64,000 bases of DNA, from NCBI GenBank assembly GCA_001567355.1, contig JYNZ01000003.1, positions 179,991-243,990 on the forward strand, written 5' to 3'. The notes below the pieces were generated by a model. It did not search any database, was not told where the DNA came from, and was given only the letters and a program-made list of their open reading frames with translations. This document shows, piece after piece, positions 1-9,797 of the stretch; within the stretch, counting starts at the first letter, position 1; every line of letters begins with the position of its first letter. The stretch comes from a candidate division WS6 bacterium OLB20 (GTDB lineage: Bacteria > Patescibacteriota > Dojkabacteria > B142 > OLB20). The position numbers and the translations under genes were made by a program.

Positions 1-409
1 TGATCAAGCAGAGTGTCGAGTCCTGCAGCTCTCAGTTTAAGTTCCTGATAGTCAGCTCCCCCGTGGGTCAGAACAGTAACGGTAGCATGTCTGTCCTTCA
101 GCCGCCTGATAACCGGCAGTGTGTCTGGATAGGCGATCACTTCAGATCGCATGGCTTCTTCAGTCAGCAGGCCGATTCTTCGTGTCAGTGCATCAGTTTG
201 CTCAATCCGATATTCATGGGCGAGTTGTTTAATGAAACCGCTAATCGAAAAGGCACCACCGTGCTGTTCCAGGTAACGGGGCAGGGCAGCGGATACATTC
301 GGGTGAGCGATACCAGTTTGCTGTGAGATAATACCCAGCATATGGGCATCAAGATGCTGTTCTACTTTGACTGCAGTTGAGTCCAGATCGAGTACGTATA
401 ATCGTGCCA
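1..409 (-). CDS. HAD-superfamily hydrolase, partial (3' end cut by window edge)
   Basis: Minus-strand ATG at 409..407 gives MARLYVLDLDSTAVKVEQHLD... The DLDST matches HAD motif I (DxDx[TV]). The reading frame stays open to position 1. The track ORF 63..326(+) is its antisense. Confidence 0.45.
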
Positions 410-450
410 TAACAAGGCGGTAACGATATATCTATTATACAATAATATGA

Positions 451-1140
451 TTATTCGAACAAAATGGGTAGAATATTCTGCTCTGTGGTAAACGCCTCGG
501 CGTAGAGGCCTTCTTTCTTACGCAAGTGATAGCCTCTGACTGCTGCTGTTCCTTTAAGAAGATCTATATCTCTTTGTGCTGCCTGCGAAGCGTAGATTCT
601 GAACAGATCTTCTTTTTTCTGATACGTATCAGTGATGTCGACAAGAACATGGGGCATAACCGGGAGAGTTCCCTCACAAAAGAGTACAATATTTGTACGG
701 TGTGGCTCTCCTAATTCGGGTCTGAAAGATTTTGCCGCCCAGCGGAACGCTTCTTTTGCGAGATGTGCTGCTGCCTGATGATCGGGATGCACGTCAGTCA
801 GATTCATGGTAAGTGCAATCTCCGGTCGAACCTTGCGGATGATACCGACCAGCTCATGCATCAGCTCTTTTGAGTACTGCAGATTCTGATCCTCCTGACC
901 AAGAGAGAATGTCTGAGCAGTACCGATAAAGGCACTCGCTTCATCAAACTCAGATGAGCGCATGGCAGCCGTACCCGCCCGATCTGCTTTACCTGCCGAA
1001 CGCTGATCAACACCTTCGCCGCTATCGGTGAGAATAGCTTCATTGTACTCATACCCCCTGGCCAGAAGTTTAAAGATAGTGCCTGCAAACACCACATGGT
1101 CGTCTGCGTGGGCTGTTACAGCGAGGATGCTCTTGTTCAT
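451..1140 (-). CDS. PIG-L/LmbE-family N-acetylglucosaminyl deacetylase
   Basis: Within track ORF 451..1212 the internal ATG at 1140 gives MNKSILAVTAHADDHVVFAGT, the AHxDD zinc-binding signature of LmbE/PIG-L. There is a later HPDH motif. The 24-codon extension upstream lacks any such motif. Confidence 0.6.
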   Translation of the reverse strand: MNKSILAVTAHADDHVVFAGTIFKLLARGYEYNEAILTDSGEGVDQRSAGKADRAGTAAMRSSEFDEASAFIGTAQTFSLGQEDQNLQYSKELMHELVGIIRKVRPEIALTMNLTDVHPDHQAAAHLAKEAFRWAAKSFRPELGEPHRTNIVLFCEGTLPVMPHVLVDITDTYQKKEDLFRIYASQAAQRDIDLLKGTAAVRGYHLRKKEGLYAEAFTTEQNILPILFE

Positions 1141-1150
1141 AGTGGCTGTA

Positions 1151-2056
1151 CTATAACGCAGAGGAGTGATTTTGTCCATGCAGAAAGCGGATGAAGGATT
1201 CCGGACCACCACCTAGATGGGTGACACCTTCAGGCAGGAGTTGAGGAGCTTCAGATACATCATAGAAATCAGCACCTGAAAGTTCGGGAATCATGATAAA
1301 CCCGTCACTGCCGGTAATCCCTTCTGCCAGCTGTGAAAACTCATCACCGAAAACTGCAACCTCGTGAGATTTGACGCCTGCCTGCGCAAGACGTTCCCAG
1401 ATGATCCTTGTATTATCAGTTTTGCTTCCCAGACCAGCTTCAAAGTATTTTGCATCAGTACTTATTCGAACCGTACTGTCCATACCTGCTGTGCGGATTT
1501 CATTCCTCAGCCTTTCAAACAGCTCAGGTACAGTCTCATGCACCCCATGCTCGTGCAGACTATCATTCAGCATCTGCATCTCACCGCTCGAGATAAACAT
1601 TCTGTCACCCCGATGTAACCCTGGAAGCATATCTATTTTGCAGTAATTTGGGCGTGTAAAGACGATATCGGTCTCGTATCCGTATTTCTCAAGAAGCCAG
1701 AGATGAAAATTGAATACACCGGTATGCAGCTGCACAAGCTCGTCTTTATCAGGGACCAATTCGGCAAGAGTAACTCTTTCTCCTGTTGAATCGAACGTGA
1801 ATGTATAAGCACCGCGGGCAAGTCCGAAGTAAAGATTACTCCTGAGTGCCGGGGGTATTTTCTCAACCAGCGAGGGTCCGATGTTCTCATATGAAGTACC
1901 GCTGATGACGGCAAGAAAAACCCCCTGTTCCAGCAGGGGGATTAAAGCATCTGCAACTTCTGTCGAATCAGCATACCTGTCTGCGACAGCCGTTCCATCC
2001 CAGTCAAACAGGACTGCTTTATAGTATTTGTTGTGACTCTTTCTCACAGTAAACAA
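1151..2056 (-). CDS. HAD-superfamily (Cof/IIB-like) phosphatase
   Basis: N-terminal LFDWDGT is the DxDGT HAD motif I. The protein is about 300 aa, consistent with a cap domain. Confidence 0.55.
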   Translation of the reverse strand: MFTVRKSHNKYYKAVLFDWDGTAVADRYADSTEVADALIPLLEQGVFLAVISGTSYENIGPSLVEKIPPALRSNLYFGLARGAYTFTFDSTGERVTLAELVPDKDELVQLHTGVFNFHLWLLEKYGYETDIVFTRPNYCKIDMLPGLHRGDRMFISSGEMQMLNDSLHEHGVHETVPELFERLRNEIRTAGMDSTVRISTDAKYFEAGLGSKTDNTRIIWERLAQAGVKSHEVAVFGDEFSQLAEGITGSDGFIMIPELSGADFYDVSEAPQLLPEGVTHLGGGPESFIRFLHGQNHSSAL

Positions 2057-2080
2057 GGGAATATAGTAGTATGATTATAC

Positions 2081-2926
2081 ATGAACAGCAGCCGGACGTA
2101 CCTAACGTTTGATATCGGTGCAACAAACACCCGCATGATCCTTTGGGACGGTGATACTGTGGTTACTCAGGAGAAGTATGCCACACCGGTTTCTGACCAG
2201 CAGGGGATCCATACGCTACTCACAAAAGCAAAGGCAATACTGGAAGGCAGGTTACCTTCAGGTATCGGCATTGGTGTCTGCGGTCAGGTCAAAGACGGCT
2301 CAATCGATGGTGTTCCACCAAACCTTCCCTACTGGGAGAATACTCCTATCCAATCTGTTGTTGCAGAGACCTTTGGCGGATCAGAGATACTCGTAGCGCA
2401 GGATGGCATCTGTTCCGCATGGGCCGAGGGCGAACTGCAGCCTGCAGGAAAAACCTACCTGCTGTCAATCGGCACGGGCGTGGGGGGTGCATTCATAGAC
2501 ACATCTGTCTCACCCTGGTACACAATCGCCGCAGAACCCGGCCATATGATCGTCGATATGCGGACTGATGAGCACATAGGACTGACAGCGGGATCACTGA
2601 CCGAATATCTCGCCGGGGGCAAGGCAGAACATATGTATGGCAGAAGTTTTGACCTGTTTACAGAAAAATCGCCCGAATGGGAGCTGTTTGCCTATGCAGC
2701 TGCCTGCGGCATCAGTACCATAGCATCGTTATTCAATCCCGACAGGGTAATACTCTCAGGAGGTGTGATAGAACGTCAGAACCATCTTCTAGCAAAGATA
2801 ATCAGCAGCTTTCAGGACACCCTTCAGATATTTGATGCCGACAGGATCCGTATCAGTCTAAGCAACATACCTTCAGACATAATAGTCGGCCAGGGCCTGG
2901 CCACAATGCTACGGCAGTTACAATAG
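2081..2926 (+). CDS. ROK-family sugar kinase (glucokinase-like)
   Basis: N-terminal FDIGATNTR ATP-binding loop and Gly-rich core (GIGIGVCG, GTGVGGAF) typical of the ROK/BadF kinase fold. Confidence 0.55.
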   Translation: MNSSRTYLTFDIGATNTRMILWDGDTVVTQEKYATPVSDQQGIHTLLTKAKAILEGRLPSGIGIGVCGQVKDGSIDGVPPNLPYWENTPIQSVVAETFGGSEILVAQDGICSAWAEGELQPAGKTYLLSIGTGVGGAFIDTSVSPWYTIAAEPGHMIVDMRTDEHIGLTAGSLTEYLAGGKAEHMYGRSFDLFTEKSPEWELFAYAAACGISTIASLFNPDRVILSGGVIERQNHLLAKIISSFQDTLQIFDADRIRISLSNIPSDIIVGQGLATMLRQLQ

Positions 2927-3007
2927 AGTCATCCCTGATCTCCAACTACACAGTATATAGATGTGATATAATCACACTCAGTCTTATTCTGACGTCGGGC
3001 ACAGATT

Positions 3008-3838
3008 ATGCCGATAATAAACCGAATAAAATCCAGATCGGATGGTATACCCCATAGTGATTCACGCACAGAGGTAGTCTACCTTGCTGCAGGACAGGGC
3101 AGCAGGATGGCAGACTCTCTTGGACTCGGGAAATCGATACCGAAGTACCTGCTCAGGATATCACATATATCTCACCTGATCCGCCCTGTTGAAAAGGGTA
3201 ATATCGGATCACACCTGACTGCACTGGATCTGCAGGTAACTCACTTCGCCGGTCTGGGCCTGAGATCACAGACAATCGTCACTCAACCCTGGTATGCGGA
3301 TCTGACCCAGCAGCATGCAGACTTTTATAACCGTGAACTGGGGCTGAATCTTAAAGTGCGGACAGCATTACCCGTAGATACTCAAAATCTGCTGGAGCTC
3401 ATCAGCTACACCCGGCAGGAGGCACTTTTGTACGGCTGTGACACTGTCTGGGCCATGGCCGATACTGTTCCGGTACTAAAGCCCAGTGACAGGGGATTGT
3501 TTTTTCCGACTGATGTGTCTGCTGGCTATATGATGACCAATCTCTACTCATCACACCGGATGTACGCGATGTTTACCGTCCCGGACAGCAGCGATCCCAA
3601 TGACATGTGGATGGATCTGGATCTTCCGGTGAAGGTTACAAATCTTAACGAGGCCCAGGATATCCAGGCTTTAGCCGGTTATCTTCGCAGCCTGAACCGC
3701 GGTGACATCAGAGCAGATGAGGGTTACGGTTTTGACTGGTACCGCAAGACACGACTTAATCTGTATCATGAAAACCGTCTTTTGCGTGAGGGTCATTCCA
3801 CGACTCCCGAACTCAGAAGCGGCGGAGCAGAGAACTGA
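3008..3838 (+). CDS. hypothetical protein, possibly a nucleotidyltransferase
   Basis: The only motif is VVYLAAGQGSRM, which resembles the GxGxR(M/L) loop of sugar-nucleotidyl / MobA-like transferases. The start codon is uncertain. Confidence 0.3.
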   Translation: MPIINRIKSRSDGIPHSDSRTEVVYLAAGQGSRMADSLGLGKSIPKYLLRISHISHLIRPVEKGNIGSHLTALDLQVTHFAGLGLRSQTIVTQPWYADLTQQHADFYNRELGLNLKVRTALPVDTQNLLELISYTRQEALLYGCDTVWAMADTVPVLKPSDRGLFFPTDVSAGYMMTNLYSSHRMYAMFTVPDSSDPNDMWMDLDLPVKVTNLNEAQDIQALAGYLRSLNRGDIRADEGYGFDWYRKTRLNLYHENRLLREGHSTTPELRSGGAEN

Positions 3839-3919
3839 TCAGTTCACTGTAGTCCTCACTACCTGCTGCGTTAATACCCGCGTTATTGAAAACTCATGGG
3901 GAGTCTGGTGCGTGAGTTC

Positions 3920-5152
3920 TCAGTCTCCGGCAGCAGGTACAATCATCATAAACGGATTAACCCTGTTTTCGCTTGTGCGGATGACTGTCAGGTTGCCTGC
4001 CTGTGTGGGTGTTACGGGCTGCCCCATCACAACATCAGCCTGGTTACCTTCGTCATCCGCCACGGCACAGTTTCCATCAGGATTTGTCAGTGTGTACCCG
4101 GCAGACATAAAAAACGCAGCGCCATCGTCACTCTGCTGATTACCGCGCACGGCCATAAGATAATCACCATGCGAACCGCTGCAGACCGCCATGATCCCGG
4201 ACTGTTTGAATACTGCTCCAGCATTAAAGTTACGATCAGCTGTAAACTCCTCACCCTCGTAGAGGTTAAAAGGGGAGGTCATCATAAATCCACCGTTTGC
4301 AGCGATATCGTCATGCAGATCCTGTGTAAACGGGCCAACATGATAGTCGCCATCGGACAAAGTAAAGGTAAGGGTTGTGTAGCTGTCGTCTGACTTGAGC
4401 GTATCGAGGGTCAGATTACCATACACCCATGTACCCGGGGTTGAATCCTGAATCCAGGGCAGGTATGGCCACTTGAAAAAGTCATTGCTGTAGTCCTCTT
4501 CGGCTGCAGACGCCATCACAGATACACCTCCGACAATGTCCTGCCTGCATTCAGTATCTGCGACACACGAATCAAACTCATCAGGAGAAACAAGCCTTGC
4601 GGCAGTTCCGTCGAGATTGACGATAGTACCAATCAGTTCATTATTGCGACTGTATTCTGCCCAGATCACACCATCACGGGTCATAACTGTCCTGTCAAAC
4701 CCGGCCAGGTCCGGAAATCCATCTGTCATTTCTGCAGTGACATCAATCTCTGCTTCTGTAACACCTGTCAGGCCGTACATGCAGGCGTCCCTGTTGTTGA
4801 AGGCATATCCCGCAAGAGAACTGGGTATGTCAAAAACCGATCCTGCACCCATATTATCACCCTGCAGAACCTGCTCGAGTGTCTGTCGGATGGCCTGCTG
4901 ACAGACCGGATCACGACCACTTTCGGCGACAAGATACTTTGCCCAGTCACGTGCGGACTCATCACCCTGCAGCACAGCTCCGGTCATCTGGATAAATCGT
5001 GCCGGATCCGTAAGAGCCGCATTACCCATGCCGCTTGCTGCTGCAATACCTCCAAAGCTGATCGCGGCTGTTGCTGCCAGTGCAACCAGTGCCCGGCGCA
5101 GTCGTCTGCGTCTGGCAGGTTGGATTGTTTCAGGACGTATCTGCTCATTCAT
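3920..5152 (-). CDS. hypothetical secreted or membrane-anchored protein
   Basis: 410-aa ORF. The N-terminus has an Arg-run followed by a hydrophobic helix (ARRRRLRRALVALAATAAISFGGIAAASG), i.e. a signal-peptide or Tat-like leader. No catalytic motif recognised. Confidence 0.45.
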   Translation of the reverse strand: MNEQIRPETIQPARRRRLRRALVALAATAAISFGGIAAASGMGNAALTDPARFIQMTGAVLQGDESARDWAKYLVAESGRDPVCQQAIRQTLEQVLQGDNMGAGSVFDIPSSLAGYAFNNRDACMYGLTGVTEAEIDVTAEMTDGFPDLAGFDRTVMTRDGVIWAEYSRNNELIGTIVNLDGTAARLVSPDEFDSCVADTECRQDIVGGVSVMASAAEEDYSNDFFKWPYLPWIQDSTPGTWVYGNLTLDTLKSDDSYTTLTFTLSDGDYHVGPFTQDLHDDIAANGGFMMTSPFNLYEGEEFTADRNFNAGAVFKQSGIMAVCSGSHGDYLMAVRGNQQSDDGAAFFMSAGYTLTNPDGNCAVADDEGNQADVVMGQPVTPTQAGNLTVIRTSENRVNPFMMIVPAAGD

Positions 5153-5249
5153 ATATATTTAGTATATCATGATTTCGAGATAGGATGAAACGTGCAGATA
5201 GCATAGAAAGCATTGACAGACAAGCCTTATCGGTCGCGTTTATCACATA

Positions 5250-5606
5250 TCAGACTCTTCGCTCAGATACCCTGTGCCTGATCAGTCTGGTAATCAGATC
5301 GCGGGGTAGCGGCTGTCCAAGATCAAAACGCAGGGTTCCGCGTGCATGGCGGTAGGGAGCAAGCTCATCCTTAAACTTTTCAAGTCCCGAGGTGATCCCG
5401 TACAGTCCAAGGTGCGACTTGTTGCCGGAAATATAGACCAGATAGGTGCCATCGAGGTTAAAGGCAGGCATGCCGTAAGCGATGGACTCTGTCAGTCCCG
5501 GCTCGGCCTGCATAATCAGTGCGCGCAACTCGCGCAGTCTTTCCTGTGTAGCCTCGGGAAACTGTATGCAGTAGTCAGCAAAATCAACAGGTGTCGGGTT
5601 TGGCAT
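5250..5606 (-). CDS. DUF1801 (YdhG-like) domain protein
   Basis: Internal ATG at 5606 (MPNPTPVDFADY...). ...ESIAYGMPAFNLDGTYLVYISGNKSHLGLYG...GTLRF matches the DUF1801 pattern. The longest ORF (to 5774) adds 56 Arg/Cys-rich residues that look non-native. Confidence 0.5.
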   Translation of the reverse strand: MPNPTPVDFADYCIQFPEATQERLRELRALIMQAEPGLTESIAYGMPAFNLDGTYLVYISGNKSHLGLYGITSGLEKFKDELAPYRHARGTLRFDLGQPLPRDLITRLIRHRVSERRV

Positions 5607-5610
5607 GGAA

Positions 5611-5988
5611 TTAATTTTGAAATCCGGGATCAGGGCTTGTACCCCAGCCGTCAAACAGGCAGTCAAATCGGTAGCCGGTCTTATACATCTCTTTGGACCA
5701 CTCGTTGACCGAATCCTGATCCATCCTGACCGGGTACGACTTGCCGTAAATCTCGTACACCTCGCTGTCCTCAAGGTAGTCCACAGCGTTCTCGATCCCC
5801 AGGTTTTTCAGTTCCTGACTCAGCTCCTGCGCTTTATCCTTTGTGTCCGTGATAAATGCAAAGTCGAGTATGAGTTCGCTGTCGGCTGTCACGTCAAGCT
5901 CGCGGAGTTTTTCGAGTACCTCACTGTTTGCGTGCTCATGACTGAGCAGACCTGCGTCAAATTCCTCCTCCGTAATAAAGCGTTGCAT
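5611..5988 (-). CDS. RraB-like acidic protein (regulator of ribonuclease activity B family)
   Basis: Highly acidic 125-aa protein. The C-terminus FDCLFDGWGTSPDP matches the RraB ...EYDGWGT... motif. Confidence 0.45.
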   Translation of the reverse strand: MQRFITEEEFDAGLLSHEHANSEVLEKLRELDVTADSELILDFAFITDTKDKAQELSQELKNLGIENAVDYLEDSEVYEIYGKSYPVRMDQDSVNEWSKEMYKTGYRFDCLFDGWGTSPDPGFQN

Positions 5989-6050
5989 GGTTTTAGTCCC
6001 TTAATATCAGGAGTATAGCAGGGGAGAATGCGGCTGTCTTTAACCTTGGC

Positions 6051-6773
6051 TTAATCCCTGTCTGGCAGCCAGGCATGAGTTTCCGCAAACAACTGTGTAC
6101 TGATACCCGGCTCGACAAAGGTGTGTGATGCTCCCTCGATCACAACATGCTGGTGTTCAGCCCTGATTGCTTCAAGATGGTCCTTCCACTGATCATACAT
6201 ATTGTAATTACCTGCGAATATGATTTTCACGGGCACCTTCAGGCTTCTATCTGATTTTCGATCCGTGTATTCATCCACTGCTCAATCAGCTGTCTGCCGA
6301 ACAGAGTATCCATCCGGTAGCTGCACAGATATGCATCAAGCCCACTGATAAAAGTCATCTGTTTGGAGGCAGGATCATCAAAACCGGTACTGGGATCCCA
6401 GAGTACAACACGTTCTACCATTGACTGATCAGCAAAGCAGACGACAACTGCACCCAGGCTGTGACCTGTCAGGTACAGATGTTCAAACTGATTCGAAAAA
6501 TATTCCAGCACCTTGTTTGTATCGTAAATGTGATCATCAAGACTGACCATAGAAGACTTGCGTGCATCCGCAGGACGGTCGTAGAGGTTAAACCTGACTA
6601 CCGAGATGCCACGTTCTGTAAAAATAGGGGACAGCGTCTCTGTACTGGTGCTCGTTCAGGCTGCCTGTAAAGCCATGTACAAACACGATTGCCTTATCAC
6701 TATTATCTGCTCTATCAAGCAATCCGTATATCTTTTTGCCGTCAGCTATCGGGATGGCGAACTGGGTTTGCAT
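6051..6773 (-). pseudogene. alpha/beta-hydrolase gene split by two frameshifts
   Basis: Three consecutive minus-strand ORFs lie in three different frames. 6588..6773 carries the oxyanion region VFVHGFTGS. 6239..6550 carries the nucleophile elbow GHSLGA. 6051..6278 carries the catalytic His GASHTF. Collinear order equals one hydrolase of about 240 aa. Confidence 0.55.
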
Positions 6774-6916
6774 GAGCAGAGTATAGCATTTTGAGATTAC
6801 AAAGCTCTTAGGGGATCAATGAAAATAGAGGAGGCGATGAAAACGTTCGTATAACGAAGGTTAACTGATTGCACACTCGTATTTGTGACTTTTCGTCTTC
6901 GACTCAAAGGCAAATA

Positions 6917-7004
6917 CGGAGAGGAAGGGATTCGAACCCTTGAGGACGTTGCCGCCCTGCCGGTTTTCAAGACCAGTGCATTCGACCACTCTGCCACCTC
7001 TCCG
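6917..7004 (-). tRNA. tRNA-Ser (anticodon UGA)
   Basis: The reverse complement is GGAGAGGTGGCAGAGTGGTCGAATGCACTGGTCTTGAAAACCGGCAGGGCGGCAACGTCCTCAAGGGTTCGAATCCCTTCCTCTCCG. It has a 7-bp acceptor stem, anticodon loop CTTGAAA (TGA), a long variable arm and a GGTTCGAATCC T-loop. No CCA is encoded. Confidence 0.85.
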
Positions 7005-7212
7005 TGTTGCGTGGTGCAGGTAATTATAGCAGATAACCATACCCCCCTTGCCAGCAGATGACTGATTAATTGATGGATGTGTAGGCGCAGCGAAGGGCAC
7101 GACGCATGAAAACAACCGCGCATCAATCTGCCGGAGAGTAGTGTGCGTGCGCTAAAGACTCACGCATCAATCACTCAGTGATACCATCCGGCATTCTCTG
7201 CTACAATATCCT

Positions 7213-7518
7213 ATGGCAATCTCAGGCGGAACAGCCCACACAATACCATCCGATCTTAAACAGACACTCAGCAAGGACAAGCAGGCGCTTGAGCTGTGGG
7301 AGGACCTCACACCACTGGCGCGCAACGAATGGATCTGCTGGGTGATCTCACCCAAAAAGCAGGAGACGCGTGACGAGCATCTGGAGCGTGTCATCAGCGA
7401 GCTGAAAGACGGAATGCGCAGACCGTGTTGCTGGATGGGATGCATTCACCGCAAGGACAAAAAGGTGAGTCCCTCAGTTAAGGCGATACTGGATAAGCGT
7501 AAAACCGCAAAGACGTAA
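7213..7518 (+). CDS. YdeI/OmpD-associated family protein
   Basis: 101 aa. ...LELWEDLTPLARNEWICWVISPKKQETRDEHLERVI... fits the W..LTP..R..W..W...AK..ETR core of the YdeI/OmpD-associated (bacteriocin-protection) domain. Confidence 0.45.
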   Translation: MAISGGTAHTIPSDLKQTLSKDKQALELWEDLTPLARNEWICWVISPKKQETRDEHLERVISELKDGMRRPCCWMGCIHRKDKKVSPSVKAILDKRKTAKT

Positions 7519-7550
7519 TGAGTGCATAGCAGATCACATGTCCGGCATGA

Positions 7551-8483
7551 TTACGTTCGTTGCCAGCCCGTTACGGCATGCACGATCTCCGGGTAGATAT
7601 CACTCACCAGTTCATGAAAGGGGCATCCTGCTGTAACGTCACTGTTCTCGACCTCGGAAGCACGTATCATAAACGTGCCAAGCGAGCGAAACCTCCCTGA
7701 TTCCACTTCAAGGTTAAAGATAGCTTCCCAGTCCGGCATGAGTAATGTCTTTACACGACCTTTTGCCTTCACCTGTCGCTCATAAACCACAGCCGGATTG
7801 AGACTTGGTATCATCTGCCCGTCACGCGGAACATCAACGTACATATCCACCTCGGGTCTGAGCAGTCTCCCGAATAAATCCTGATTGATCTCCATAAACG
7901 GAGAAATGATCGTACCGTAACTGAACGTCAGCAGATCTGAGAGTTCGCGGTTGGAACATTCCGCATGTGAAAGCACGGCATGGTTTACAACTGCTGCTAT
8001 GTGCCGGCGTGCAGAATTTTTACCCCGTGTAGTCGCATCATCAAAACTGTCATGATTGCCGCGGATATTCTCATCCATGTAATAACTGCGCATATACCTG
8101 CCCGGGAGAGAATCAGGACGACTGATGTAGTGGGCATAGACAAGATCACGATGGTGACCAAGTACAGATGCAACCGTATCAGAGTAGTCTCTTACCACGA
8201 CCGGCTTCTCCCTCTGGGATAACAGTCCGGATTCTGCACGGTGCGGCCTGTGCAGTCGTGCAAGTGCGTGCATCAGCACATCCTGAAAGAGCCAGGGTCG
8301 TGTACGCACCTCCTGTGGATCAGGATTCACTGCCTCGTGTGCTACTGCCTGCATCAGTGCATGCTTCAGGACTTTGCGGCTGTGAGTACCCATATCGACG
8401 GCATTATCCTGGGACAGGATTCTGCGTGCCAGCTTTGTCACCATACGCCGTGCTTTGTTGTCTGGGTGTTCAGGGCCTGACAT
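7551..8483 (-). CDS. hypothetical protein, possible metallophosphoesterase
   Basis: Track ORF 7551..8609. I prefer the internal start at 8483 (MSGPEHPD...), because the longer form would overlap the divergent mazG-like start and the GTATAC palindromes. Contains IRGNHDSF (GNH[DE] motif) and several His clusters. Weak assignment. Confidence 0.3.
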   Translation of the reverse strand: MSGPEHPDNKARRMVTKLARRILSQDNAVDMGTHSRKVLKHALMQAVAHEAVNPDPQEVRTRPWLFQDVLMHALARLHRPHRAESGLLSQREKPVVVRDYSDTVASVLGHHRDLVYAHYISRPDSLPGRYMRSYYMDENIRGNHDSFDDATTRGKNSARRHIAAVVNHAVLSHAECSNRELSDLLTFSYGTIISPFMEINQDLFGRLLRPEVDMYVDVPRDGQMIPSLNPAVVYERQVKAKGRVKTLLMPDWEAIFNLEVESGRFRSLGTFMIRASEVENSDVTAGCPFHELVSDIYPEIVHAVTGWQRT

Positions 8484-8602
8484 GCAGCGATTATACGGCA
8501 CCTGCAGCAGCAAGCAAAACACTCGCATAGCAGTGGAAAAAACAGGTATACACCCGGAGACAAAAATATGTATACTCTGTATACCGGTTACCCTTACACA
8601 GT

Positions 8603-8977
8603 ATGCCAAAATCTATTCAGGACCTTACCGACATTGTCTGCGCATTTGCAGACGAACGCGGATGGGCCAATAATGACCCGAATCAGCTTATCAGCTCTAT
8701 TCTCATCGAACTTGGCGAGCTGGCTGAACACTACCAGTGGAAGAGCCGGTTTCCGGAATTTGATAAGCAGAAGAAGCTGGAAGTGGGGTATGAATTTGTC
8801 GATATTCTGTTTTACCTTCTCCAGCTCGCTGCAAAGTCCGGCATTGACATTGAGGCGGCGTTTGACAGCAAACTGCCTAAATTGCACGCCAAATTTCCTG
8901 TTGGCCAGACCGATGAGGAGTTTGAGAGAACCAAAGAGGAGTACCGTCGTACAGGCAAAAACAAGCTTTATTCCTGA
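8603..8977 (+). CDS. MazG-like nucleotide pyrophosphohydrolase domain protein
   Basis: ELGELAEHYQWK...EFVDILFYLLQLAAKSGIDIEAAF is the EExxE/D...D metal-binding helix pair of the MazG NTP-PPase domain. 124 aa. Confidence 0.55.
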   Translation: MPKSIQDLTDIVCAFADERGWANNDPNQLISSILIELGELAEHYQWKSRFPEFDKQKKLEVGYEFVDILFYLLQLAAKSGIDIEAAFDSKLPKLHAKFPVGQTDEEFERTKEEYRRTGKNKLYS

Positions 8978-9048
8978 AGTGCAGTCAAGCAGCCATGCTA
9001 CAATATAAAGGCTCCTGAGGCCACGTTTATATTGCAGATTCAGAACAT

Positions 9049-9714
9049 ATGCCGTATAATTATGACCCAGACTTATATACGGAATATATCGTGTCACGAC
9101 TTTTTCCAAAAGGAGAAAACTGGTACGAAGCAAGGTCAATCTGTTTCTACGCAGAAGAAAACCTCAACGCGCTCACTGCACCTGACGTGGAATACAGCGA
9201 ACATCTCACTCCGGAACTGCAGTCCCGGGGTTTTATCGGAATGTTTACCCACCCCGAGTACGGCGTGATGGCTGCATACTGCAAAACAAGTCAGGGCACA
9301 TTTCTGATCAAAAACCCCCTCGAAGATCCGGATTCGCACAGCGGCAAGACCAATGCCATGCGCTACGATATAGACGGACATCCTCATCTGTACTATCACC
9401 GCAAGGGGAACGAATGGGTGTACGGCCGGCCGCTCAAGCATTCTTACGAACAGGGCGAGGAGGATGTGGAGGTTCTCGACCTGCCGGAGGACTTTCCGGG
9501 TCGCAAGTACATCACTCCGATATCAATCAGGGATCTGACACTTGATGGAATCATCGTCGAGCTTAACAACCTTGGATTTGACGTGCCGTGCGGTGCATCG
9601 CTCATGGACGTTCTCCGGCTAGACCTCAACGAAGCAGCTTTCAGTAGCAGCCGAGTATCTCAGATCCTTTCCCGGCTGGGTGATCTCTACTCCCAAATGT
9701 ATGCCGGCGTCTAA
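9049..9714 (+). CDS. hypothetical protein
   Basis: 221-aa ORF with good start context and no recognisable motif. Confidence 0.4.
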   Translation: MPYNYDPDLYTEYIVSRLFPKGENWYEARSICFYAEENLNALTAPDVEYSEHLTPELQSRGFIGMFTHPEYGVMAAYCKTSQGTFLIKNPLEDPDSHSGKTNAMRYDIDGHPHLYYHRKGNEWVYGRPLKHSYEQGEEDVEVLDLPEDFPGRKYITPISIRDLTLDGIIVELNNLGFDVPCGASLMDVLRLDLNEAAFSSSRVSQILSRLGDLYSQMYAGV

Positions 9715-9797
9715 AAAACCTGTTACGGCTGCTGCTTCAACTGCGTAATAACTGGTACACATTTCCAATACTGCCGCAAACGCGCAATAATATTCCT

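Noticed and set aside
63-326. Plus-strand ORF 63..326
   Set aside because: Antisense to the better-supported minus-strand HAD hydrolase fragment (1..409).
6797-7126. Track ORFs 6797..7126 and 6861..7115 (109/84 aa) on the minus strand
   Set aside because: They are read through the tRNA-Ser gene (6917..7004) and its flanks and show no protein-like composition. Artefacts of the ORF finder.
7980-8673. Plus-strand ORFs 7980..8222, 8168..8530, 8241..8480, 8455..8673
   Set aside because: All are antisense to or overlap the longer minus-strand gene 7551..8483 and lack motifs. Probably non-coding.
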